Source: a virus
Length of the DNA: 64,000 nt
IMG/VR virus record: IMGVR_UViG_3300018877_000004
Span: 5,500-69,499 of that record
Strand: one strand, 5' to 3'
Numbering within the stretch: the first letter of the stretch is position 1; each line of letters starts with the position of its first letter. The notes beneath the pieces are model-generated. The model had not been told where the DNA came from, searched no databases, and saw nothing but the letters and a program-made list of their open reading frames with translations. Positions 18,324 to 25,962 of this stretch are shown piece after piece. The position numbers were made by a program, and so were the translations under genes.

Positions 18324-19103
18324 CTATCCAACCGTCTCCAGATCCTCCCAAGCCTTAGCGCGACTGAAGTAAAAGCCCTGCGCGTAATCAACCCCGATCG
18401 ACTTGCAGAGTTGGAGCTGAATATCATTCTCAATCCCCTCAGCAACCGTTTTTAGGCTGAAGACTTTCGCCAGCTTGACGAAGCATTCGTAAATCGCGAT
18501 CGCCCCTTCATCCTTTTGATCAGTCGGCATAAAGAAGCGATCGATTTTCAAAAAGCTAATAATGCCTTGCAAGCTGCTTAGCCGTAGCATTGAAGAATGT
18601 TGAGTGCCAAAGTCATCAATGCCCAATTCTGCCCATTCTGAGAGAGGCATAAGCGCCTGCTGAAGGATGGCTAGATCTCTCGTGGCAACCGCATCTTCCG
18701 TGACTTCAAACTTGATTTTTCCAACAATTTGCAGCCTTAAAAGTGACTCTTTAATCTTTAGGTAAAACTCAGGACTTATTAATTGATTGGGCGATAGATT
18801 TAGGGCGATATATCGATCGTTTTGCATCGCACTTGCCTTCTCGCAGGCTTCTTGGAATACCCACTCAAAAAGCGGTTGCTGCCACAAAAAATCGCTTGCC
18901 CGAAAATCGGCAATTCCTGGTAGAAACGCCGCAGGAAATAGCAAGCCTCGATCGGGGTGCTGCCACCTAATCAGCCCCTCGTAGCCGCTTACAGGTAAAT
19001 CTTCGGACTGTAGGGAAACGATCGGCTGATAGTGCAGCCGCAATTCGTTTTGCTCGATCGCTCTCAAGAGTTCGCGGGCACTGGGTTGCTGGGTTGCGGG
19101 CAT
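18324..19103 (-). CDS. Stand-alone EAL-domain c-di-GMP phosphodiesterase
   Basis: YQPIV, EGLIRW, NLSP, FEVTE, IDDFGT, LKIDR, VAEGIE and AQGFYFS: all canonical catalytic positions appear present. Confidence 0.93.
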   Translation of the reverse strand: MPATQQPSARELLRAIEQNELRLHYQPIVSLQSEDLPVSGYEGLIRWQHPDRGLLFPAAFLPGIADFRASDFLWQQPLFEWVFQEACEKASAMQNDRYIALNLSPNQLISPEFYLKIKESLLRLQIVGKIKFEVTEDAVATRDLAILQQALMPLSEWAELGIDDFGTQHSSMLRLSSLQGIISFLKIDRFFMPTDQKDEGAIAIYECFVKLAKVFSLKTVAEGIENDIQLQLCKSIGVDYAQGFYFSRAKAWEDLETVG

Positions 19104-19121
19104 GAGGGGCGATCGATTTCG

Positions 19122-19559
19122 TTATTTAGAATCTTGAGTGTCTATGACAATACGAGTTTTGCCATTGTGACCATGCAAGATTTTGACGGTTTCAAGATTT
19201 GGATACCAAAAGGTTGACTTGATTTCACTTGTCCACTGAAGCACGCAGCCAGCATGCAGAAAATCACAACCAACAGCAACCACACCTGTCCCACTTACAC
19301 CCGTTGCATCATCATCACGCACCAGTTGAAAAGTATAGGTGTGAAGGCCGAGGCAGATTTCTTGGTATGACGGCTCATATTCTTCAATTAATCGGTTTGG
19401 AATCTTCAATTGAATTGCTTCAAAAGATTCAAGACTGGGATAGGTTCCATGTGTTTTATGCTCACCACACCATGCGATCGCTACTTGCCCGTCAGGTAAA
19501 ACACATCCGTCTGCCAGTCTTAATCCTGATGCGCTGTCTACTAATTTAATTATTTTCAT
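19122..19559 (-). CDS. Phage hypothetical protein with an internally duplicated domain
   Basis: Both halves share L(V)..D...G...A.G......W......YP.LE. The second half has GVSGTGVVAVG...HGHNGKT. Confidence 0.7.
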   Translation of the reverse strand: MKIIKLVDSASGLRLADGCVLPDGQVAIAWCGEHKTHGTYPSLESFEAIQLKIPNRLIEEYEPSYQEICLGLHTYTFQLVRDDDATGVSGTGVVAVGCDFLHAGCVLQWTSEIKSTFWYPNLETVKILHGHNGKTRIVIDTQDSK

Positions 19560-19579
19560 TTTCGATCTCCAATTGTTTG

Positions 19580-20245
19580 CTATTTGCTGTTGGCATATCG
19601 ATTGGCTTTTTGTTCTTGCAGCCAGTCGTAGCGCATTTTCACAGTACGCGCCCCTAGCAAGGCGTTGTGGTTGCCGTCTGTTTCGAGGCTAGGAGGTAGG
19701 CGATCGGATGGGATGCCGAGTTCGTCTTCTGCGGTCTGGATGATGTCTCTAGTACGCATAGGAAAGCCTTGCGGCAAGTCCATCATGGTTCCAAAAATTT
19801 GACAAAAGGTGACGTGATCGTATGCGCTCCATTCGCCATAAAATTCAGGGAAATCAACAGTATTGTCTTTATTGGCGATGTACTTTGTTTGCTGCCTGCC
19901 AATAAATCGATCCCATTGTCCTATCCATCCCGATCGAATCCATTGCGCGGTGTAGCGTTCGTAGCCTACAAATCTTGCGATGCCGTCTCTAATTTGCGAT
20001 CGGCTTTTCCATGCTCTCGCTTCTTCCCGTTCACGAGGCGTCATCTCCATCGGGTTGCGCATTTTAGGCGGCAGGCAGGCGATCACATTGTCTTTCACCC
20101 ACTGACTAGCATGGCGTGGGTTGAACTCGGTAGAAACGGCATAGAACTCCCTGCCGTCTTCGCTCACGATTCCAATACTGATAAGTTCTATCGGGTGTTT
20201 GTGGCCACGCTCGATGAATTCCAGGTCTATATAAAATCTAGTCAC
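19580..20245 (-). CDS. Rv2179c-like (DUF5051) DEDDh 3'-5' exonuclease-family protein
   Basis: FYIDLEF, LISIGIV, WVKDNV, AYDHV and HNAL motifs; GTG start near 20245 is likely. Confidence 0.85.
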   Translation of the reverse strand: MTRFYIDLEFIERGHKHPIELISIGIVSEDGREFYAVSTEFNPRHASQWVKDNVIACLPPKMRNPMEMTPREREEARAWKSRSQIRDGIARFVGYERYTAQWIRSGWIGQWDRFIGRQQTKYIANKDNTVDFPEFYGEWSAYDHVTFCQIFGTMMDLPQGFPMRTRDIIQTAEDELGIPSDRLPPSLETDGNHNALLGARTVKMRYDWLQEQKANRYANSK

Positions 20246-20531
20246 TACTGCCCTCGCTACTTTGTTCTTTCGTTTCCAGAAACCCACTTAAGCCTAAACC
20301 AGACGCACCTGCTGCTATTACGCCGATCGCAATGCGTTCCAACATCTGTCGATTCTCAGGGCTTTGGATGGTTTGCTGGCTGAGCAAAAGCCCGATCGCC
20401 AAGCACCCAAACAGGGCAGAGTTGAGTTTTTGGATCAGCCGAATTTGCTTCACTTGCAGGCGATCGCTTACCTCTAGTTTTGCTACAGCGGCTTCTAATT
20501 CTGCAAGGCGTTCAAGGGGTGTATCTGGCAT
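20238..20531 (-). CDS. Small membrane protein (coiled coil + 2 TM); holin candidate
   Basis: Two hydrophobic helices and a charged C-tail; in the same operon as the endolysin. Confidence 0.5.
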   Translation of the reverse strand: MPDTPLERLAELEAAVAKLEVSDRLQVKQIRLIQKLNSALFGCLAIGLLLSQQTIQSPENRQMLERIAIGVIAAGASGLGLSGFLETKEQSSEGSSD

Positions 20532-20543
20532 GGCGATCGCCTC

Positions 20544-20846
20544 CTAAAGATTATCTTCCTGTTGGGAAAAGCTGTGCCAGTCGGGAAGTGCAATCGTTTG
20601 ATCTTTTAGCTCGTGCCAACAGTCGCCTAAAAATTGGATTTTGCCATCTGTCACGAAAGAATGGCAGCGATTGACTGCAAATTGCTCACCTTTTTCATTC
20701 GGATGCCCTGTAAGAACAGAAGGCGTAAAAGTCGGATTTTCAAGACTGCCATTCCAACCCCAAACGCCTTTAGCGATCGCGTGAGCGCATTTGCATCCAG
20801 GACACTGAAACCAAACACGAGCTGCGGTTTCATGAACCTTGTTCAT
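20544..20846 (-). CDS. DUF6527-like Cys/His-rich protein
   Basis: CPGC...H, WGWNG...PTFTPSVL, CHSFVTDGKIQFLGDC.H. Confidence 0.7.
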   Translation of the reverse strand: MNKVHETAARVWFQCPGCKCAHAIAKGVWGWNGSLENPTFTPSVLTGHPNEKGEQFAVNRCHSFVTDGKIQFLGDCWHELKDQTIALPDWHSFSQQEDNL

Positions 20847-20858
20847 AGCGATCGACTC

Positions 20859-21284
20859 CTATGCTAATAACTTGAACAACTGACTCCAATCCTCCCCCCA
20901 ACAAAGAGTTACGAGGTTGCAAACTTGGTGCTGCCACTGGTCGATCGCAATTGCAACCCAGAACGGTGCGGACGGTTTAGAGATGCGCCAATCTTCCCAA
21001 TCTTGATTGTAAAGACGCACCCAGAACGCGCCGAGATTCAGGCGATCGATTACAGTGTGAGTCCCAACAATTACCACTTCTTTCCACACATCCGCCCACT
21101 CTAGCGGGTTCCAAGGATTCCACAAATAGAACAGCACAAACGGGATGGAGTAGATCAGGCTATGCAGAAATGCGATCGCCCAACTTTGGCGCTTATTGTT
21201 AGCCAAGAAGCTGTTTTGCAGTGCGAAATCTCCTGCATTGTGGAGCAGTCTTTCAGTGGCAGCGATCGCGATGATTTTCAGCAT
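20859..21284 (-). CDS. DUF3307-family membrane protein
   Basis: H..GDF.LQ, HSLIY, THTVID and DQWQH motifs. Confidence 0.8.
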   Translation of the reverse strand: MLKIIAIAATERLLHNAGDFALQNSFLANNKRQSWAIAFLHSLIYSIPFVLFYLWNPWNPLEWADVWKEVVIVGTHTVIDRLNLGAFWVRLYNQDWEDWRISKPSAPFWVAIAIDQWQHQVCNLVTLCWGEDWSQLFKLLA

Positions 21285-21286
21285 GG

Positions 21287-21646
21287 TTACTCCGTCTTCT
21301 CGTCAATTCCAACCAAACGCCTGATTTCTGCCATATCTTCGCGCTTAACTGCTTCAGTCAGCATTTGATAGGTTGCTGCATCAAAAACATGCTCACGCTT
21401 TTCGATTTTATTCATGTGCGGAACTCCTACAATTGGCCCTTCGTTGTCAATCGCTTCTTGGCAGGTTTCGGCTTCTTCGATCGTGTCGTGCTGATGACTG
21501 CATAAGCCATGTATTCCACCTCCTTCGTCAGAAGTTGCAACTTTGCGATATTTGCCTGAACCAGTGCCTTCGTTGTTCGCAATTTCTAAAGTTTGTACCC
21601 ACCAAACCATGCTATTTACCTCACTTTGTTGTTGTGTCGCCGCCAT
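21287..21646 (-). CDS. Hypothetical protein
   Basis: Operon context; C.H.H motif. Confidence 0.6.
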   Translation of the reverse strand: MAATQQQSEVNSMVWWVQTLEIANNEGTGSGKYRKVATSDEGGGIHGLCSHQHDTIEEAETCQEAIDNEGPIVGVPHMNKIEKREHVFDAATYQMLTEAVKREDMAEIRRLVGIDEKTE

Positions 21647-21812
21647 ACAAACAGCGATCGTGTACCATCCCCACGTCTAATCCGTTCAGCCTATACGCTG
21701 ACCAATCTTCGCAATACGAACCAGGCGAGACGCATACACGCGATCGACAGAACAAACAGCGGTTGCCGGGAGACTTCGATCGGATGTCCTGCTGAGGCGA
21801 AAAATTAGCCAT
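21621..21812 (-). CDS. Small Zn-finger-like protein
   Basis: CLFC and HDRC motifs; operon context. Confidence 0.5.
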   Translation of the reverse strand: MANFSPQQDIRSKSPGNRCLFCRSRVCVSPGSYCEDWSAYRLNGLDVGMVHDRCLYGGDTTTK

Positions 21813-21817
21813 TGCTT

Positions 21818-22306
21818 CTATCTCATGATCTCCACATCATCGCCCTCACATCCTGCACCAATCGATCGATCGAGCGTCGGCAGAATCACGCTTCCACCTG
21901 TTTTTGTGGTCTGACAGGCAGCTACGGACGTTTGCCCGCTGTCTTGCATCACTACGACGCCACCTGAGTAGTCGCGCAGTTCAGGTGCTTCGGATTCAGC
22001 CGCGATCGTTGTGGTGGTTTCGCTGCTGGTTCCAAGTGTGTATGTGTAATCCTGATCCCGCTCTGGAATGCCGATCTCTAGGTCAGTCCAAGTGCCTGCA
22101 AAAGTAGGTTTCTCGACGCGATAGGCTTGCTGCGCTCGATTGACGCTTCCGACTGTCAATTTTGCAGATGTCTGCTTCGCTTTAGCAGCTTGATTGAGAA
22201 AAGATGGCAGCGCGATCGCTGAAAGGATGCCGATCACAACTATAACGACTAGCAGTTCAATCAAACTGAAGCCTGCTGTATTCTGACGGTTTTGCTGTAT
22301 GTTCAC
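21818..22306 (-). CDS. pilA: Type IV pilin, cyanobacterial PilA1-like
   Basis: Short leader then G|FSLIELLVVIVVIGILSAIALPSFLNQ (class III signal, Glu5), NRAQQAY, and two C-terminal Cys. Confidence 0.9.
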   Translation of the reverse strand: MNIQQNRQNTAGFSLIELLVVIVVIGILSAIALPSFLNQAAKAKQTSAKLTVGSVNRAQQAYRVEKPTFAGTWTDLEIGIPERDQDYTYTLGTSSETTTTIAAESEAPELRDYSGGVVVMQDSGQTSVAACQTTKTGGSVILPTLDRSIGAGCEGDDVEIMR

Positions 22307-23529
22307 GCAGAGACTCCTTGCTTATTGCGAGGTGGTGTTGAAATTGCTTTTTCAGGTGGTATTTTGCGGAAAATTCGCATTTTTAGCGCTTCCACCGAAG
22401 AAGCTTTGCATCGAGGATCTTGTAACCACTCTGCACCCGTTTTTGTTTCGCCCCATGCGGTGATCTTGAAAGCATTTCTTCGGGATTGAGGGCGATTAGG
22501 CTTGCGTTGATTTTTAGGTTGATCAGCTTTGGGAATGAAGCAGCAATTCTCAGGGCAATAATTCCCGTTGACATTTTTTCGCTCGATCGTCAAATCATCT
22601 TGATAGCCGTTTTGAAGTGCCCATTCTCGAAATACTTCAAAGTCTTGCCACTCTGTGCAAACGCCTATTCCCCTCCCTCCATAGTTTTTGTATGCAGGGT
22701 TTTTGGGGTTTTGACATCTCGCTGTCATGCCCTTCCAGGTTGAATAGATACGTTCGTGAGACTTTCCATGTTTGGTAACCAATTCTTTGTGAAAACACCC
22801 ACAAGATACGGTTGCACCTGATTTCAGTGCAGCAGCGCTAACGGTTTTGGTTTTTCCACACTCGCACTGGCAATTCCACTTTGCGCCCTGTCCTCTCCGC
22901 CGCTTGGCAACATCCGCCCGATCGATAACAGTCAAGCGACCAAACACCTGCCCAGTTAGGTCATGAGCCGCATTGGACACGATTTCTTTGTGCAGGCATC
23001 CACAAGACTTTGCATCGCCCTTTACAAGTGCCTGTCGTGACACCGATCGCACTGGAGAACCGCAATCGCATTGGCAAATGTAATTGGGCATCCGCCCGCC
23101 ATTCTTGACTGTCTCAGTGTCATGCCGCAGAACGGTATAGCGTCCAAACCTTTGACCTGACAAGTCCGATCGCCGTTCCTGTGTCTGTCTTTTGTTAAAT
23201 GCTGTCAGCAGGCATCCGCACGATCGCGAATCACCGGATCTAAGTGAAGATCCGAAAACCGATTTTTCCCTGCCGCACTCGCAACGGCAAATCCATTTTG
23301 CAGGCTTGCCCCTTTGGGCGATCTGGTTTGGATCGCGATGCAGAACCGTCCACAATCCAAAAACCTGACCAGACAGATCTACTGCTCTGCCGCAATCCGA
23401 TAAAGTATTCATTAGGCTAGTCCCTTGGTGTTGACAAGTGGCTTGCTTAGAAAGTTGTGGTGTTTCCAGCACCGCAGCTTTCGCCATTTCTACTATTTTA
23501 AACTTTTCCAGGGTTGCTGTCAGTGTCAT
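22303..23529 (-). CDS. HNH homing-endonuclease-like protein with three tandem Cys-rich repeats
   Basis: Three DL(S/T)GQ.FG..TV...C.C.CG......SCGC repeats, then W..M..RC...YGGRGI.VC..W...TIER.NVNGNY.PENC. Confidence 0.85.
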   Translation of the reverse strand: MTLTATLEKFKIVEMAKAAVLETPQLSKQATCQHQGTSLMNTLSDCGRAVDLSGQVFGLWTVLHRDPNQIAQRGKPAKWICRCECGREKSVFGSSLRSGDSRSCGCLLTAFNKRQTQERRSDLSGQRFGRYTVLRHDTETVKNGGRMPNYICQCDCGSPVRSVSRQALVKGDAKSCGCLHKEIVSNAAHDLTGQVFGRLTVIDRADVAKRRRGQGAKWNCQCECGKTKTVSAAALKSGATVSCGCFHKELVTKHGKSHERIYSTWKGMTARCQNPKNPAYKNYGGRGIGVCTEWQDFEVFREWALQNGYQDDLTIERKNVNGNYCPENCCFIPKADQPKNQRKPNRPQSRRNAFKITAWGETKTGAEWLQDPRCKASSVEALKMRIFRKIPPEKAISTPPRNKQGVSA

Positions 23530-23696
23530 TCTTCTGCCAACTCCCACCCTGCCTGCTCTAATCGTTCCTGCGTCCCGACAGAGATTCCCGGTGCATCTCG
23601 ATGGTGAACATGGACACTCTGCCCGTTGATCCGCGCGATCGTCCCTCTGTCACCCGTTCGCGAGTTTTTTAGGTGATCGCCCTTGCGCCAGTTCAT
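23526..23696 (-). CDS. Small beta-barrel-like protein, 56 aa (MNWRKGDHLKN...)
   Basis: ATGA-coupled to both neighbours; paralogue of 23693..23860. Confidence 0.65.
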   Translation of the reverse strand: MNWRKGDHLKNSRTGDRGTIARINGQSVHVHHRDAPGISVGTQERLEQAGWELAEE

Positions 23697-23860
23697 ACCC
23701 TTTGCCACCCCATCGACTGCAAGATTTCCTGCCGTCCCGACACTACGCCACCCTGATCAACTGCCAACACAGGCGATGACCCCAGCTCTAGCCGCACCGT
23801 TGCGAGTTGGTCGGTATTGGTGTTGCGGACGCGATCGCCGTCCTGCCAAAGCAGAGTCAT
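23693..23860 (-). CDS. Small protein, 55 aa (MTLLWQDGDRVRNTNT...GWQRV); not in the ORF track
   Basis: Starts 1 nt after the endolysin stop; ATGA overlap with the next gene; similar to that gene. Confidence 0.65.
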   Translation of the reverse strand: MTLLWQDGDRVRNTNTDQLATVRLELGSSPVLAVDQGGVVSGRQEILQSMGWQRV

Positions 23861-23861
23861 T

Positions 23862-24608
23862 TTACGCATATCGAAAAATCACCCGCTTCTTTTCTGGTCT
23901 GATATCGATGTGCAAGAAACTTGGCTGAGCTAGCCCGATCCCTTTAATGGCTGAGGTGCTTTTGACAACCTCCAGCAAGCGCTTAAAATCGCCATTTAGC
24001 GGGCGCAAATCCAAAGCGCGACCATATTTGTGCTGCGATCGAGATGCCCCAATGTCTAAGGTGTATGGCCTGTAGGCAGAGTTAATCGCGATCGGACTGC
24101 CGAACTTCTGCCGGATCGTCCGGTACGCCGCAGCGAGTGCCAGCATGTTTTTTACAAGCCGCTCTTCGCTGCCAAAAGTTGCAGACCCGATCGGCATTCG
24201 AGTAAAGCCGCGCAGCATCTCACCCCAGGTCAGGTAAGCGCCATCAGCGATCCACTCGTTCTCATAAATTTCGCCGACTACTGGGAGAATCGCCCGCTTG
24301 CCCGATCGAGTGCCCGCAATTGGATTGGCTTTAGCTGTCAACACCTGCTGCTGCTCACTGACCTTGTGAGGCGCGTCAAGCTGCTGCAATAGTGTGATCG
24401 ACGTGCCGCCAATTAGCCCAGGATCGGACAAAGAGGCGTCACGCTTGAAATTAGCAAAAGCGGTACGAGTACGGTTGCCGATCAAGCCGTCTGCATCGGT
24501 AGGGCGATCGAGGTAGCCCCCTCTTAGGAGTTGCTGCTGCACCCACAACAGATCGACATTGCTGAGGCGATCGATCGGGCAAGCCGTGTTTAGGGTTGGG
24601 GTGACCAT
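23862..24608 (-). CDS. Endolysin: peptidoglycan-binding domain + peptidase M15
   Basis: DGLIGNRTRTA (PG-binding); INSAYR, SQHKYGRALD and FLHIDIR (M15 Zn ligands). Confidence 0.88.
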   Translation of the reverse strand: MVTPTLNTACPIDRLSNVDLLWVQQQLLRGGYLDRPTDADGLIGNRTRTAFANFKRDASLSDPGLIGGTSITLLQQLDAPHKVSEQQQVLTAKANPIAGTRSGKRAILPVVGEIYENEWIADGAYLTWGEMLRGFTRMPIGSATFGSEERLVKNMLALAAAYRTIRQKFGSPIAINSAYRPYTLDIGASRSQHKYGRALDLRPLNGDFKRLLEVVKSTSAIKGIGLAQPSFLHIDIRPEKKRVIFRYA

Positions 24609-24634
24609 GTTGCCTCAGAATTCTTGCTGACAGA

Positions 24635-24642
24635 ATTCCCCC
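24635..24642 (-). promoter_or_regulatory. Late promoter motif variant GGGGGAAT before the endolysin operon
   Basis: 27 nt from the endolysin start at 24608. Confidence 0.5.
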
Positions 24643-24673
24643 TCGCTACACTGAAGCAAATCGAGGTTGACTT

Positions 24674-25687
24674 ATGGCTGTTTCGGGTCGCAATACAACA
24701 AGAGCGCTTCACTACATTCTGGATGGTCGCACACCCATTCCGTGCCCTACTAATGATTGGGGCGTTTACACGGTTGCAAAAACTCAGGTTGGCGATATTG
24801 AAGTATCGACCGCTTTTTTTGGCGTTGATCGTCAATTTTCGGATGAGTCGGACGCCGCGCCTCTATTGTTTGAAACAATGATTTTTGGTGGTGATAATGA
24901 TGGGGATATGTGGCTAGACTCCACATGGGAGCAAGCCGAATTGCGACACCGAGAGATTGTGGCGTCGATCGATCCTGCTGCAACGGTTGTAGTTGCGCCA
25001 CCAATGCCTCTTGCTGTTGATTTTCAGCCGCAACACTGGGAAATTTGGCGGCGTGAAAGACGGGCGAGTGTGCGATGTGGCGATCGAGTGATCAACTTTT
25101 ATTTTTCAACTTTTATTGTTAGTAGTGAAGTTCTCGATGTTGATGTGTCTGCTGGCTATGTCAGCCCCTATGATCATATTGAATTGACGATCTATACCCC
25201 GAATGGCTCTTGCTTCACGCCGCGAGGCTTGATAGTAGAGGGATTGGAGATTGCGTGTCAGCTCTCGTCCCAACGGTTTGAAGTAAATGATTTGGCTCGC
25301 ACAGAGATTCGCCTAACTCCCGATCGAGGATCGTTTGCATGGGAAGTTGAGCCGCGAGTCTGTCGCTTCACCGTTACGCCACAGACGCGAACCCCGCAGT
25401 TGGACTCTTGCTTTGTTGATACGATTTTTCACGCCTCTGAGGTTGCTACTTTTTCAGCCAATTGTCGCTGCTTTAATCCCGCCGATGCTCTCAGCCCTGC
25501 CGACATCGACGAAGTTCATTCGTTTCTCGCGTCCGAGTTCGGCCTAAGTGTTGTTGCATCCGATCGCCCCAAAGCCTGCCAAGGATGCCAGAACTATCAC
25601 GGCGAGATTTACAATGGCAATCGCCTAATCTGCGGCATTCATCCCTATGGCTGGAATGATGGCGACGAATGCCCCGATCGCGCCTAA
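24674..25687 (+). CDS. Multi-domain hypothetical protein (moron-like, opposite strand)
   Basis: N-terminal VSTAF.G.D...PLLFETMIFGG phage motif; C-terminal CQGCQNYHG...CGIHPYG...CPD Cys/His motif. Confidence 0.65.
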   Translation: MAVSGRNTTRALHYILDGRTPIPCPTNDWGVYTVAKTQVGDIEVSTAFFGVDRQFSDESDAAPLLFETMIFGGDNDGDMWLDSTWEQAELRHREIVASIDPAATVVVAPPMPLAVDFQPQHWEIWRRERRASVRCGDRVINFYFSTFIVSSEVLDVDVSAGYVSPYDHIELTIYTPNGSCFTPRGLIVEGLEIACQLSSQRFEVNDLARTEIRLTPDRGSFAWEVEPRVCRFTVTPQTRTPQLDSCFVDTIFHASEVATFSANCRCFNPADALSPADIDEVHSFLASEFGLSVVASDRPKACQGCQNYHGEIYNGNRLICGIHPYGWNDGDECPDRA

Positions 25688-25962
25688 CGTGGCATCCCGT
25701 CAACTGTTGCCTGACTGCTGCCCCTAGCCGTGTTCACCCGAACCCGATCGCCCCTCGCGATTGCGCCGTTCGATAAGCTTGCTGCTCGAATCACTCCCCC
25801 ACCTGGAATCTTGATTAGGTAGGCAGCAGCATCAGCATCGTAGCCCACACACTCGCCACTCAGAGGACGCCGATCGATTGCGGTAGCCTTGGCAAGATGG
25901 CGATCTCGCTGCTGCTGTTGGCGTCTTCTTCCGAGGTTTTTGGCGCTGTTTTCGTCGGGCAT
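25684..25962 (-). CDS. Small tail-tip-associated protein
   Basis: End of the tail operon; similar to the N-terminus of 25963..27303. Confidence 0.55.
   Translation of the reverse strand: MPDENSAKNLGRRRQQQQRDRHLAKATAIDRRPLSGECVGYDADAAAYLIKIPGGGVIRAASLSNGAIARGDRVRVNTARGSSQATVDGMPR

Noticed and set aside
23725-23732. GCAGGAAA as another late promoter copy
   Set aside because: It lies inside the newly recognised 55-aa ORF and matches the consensus poorly.
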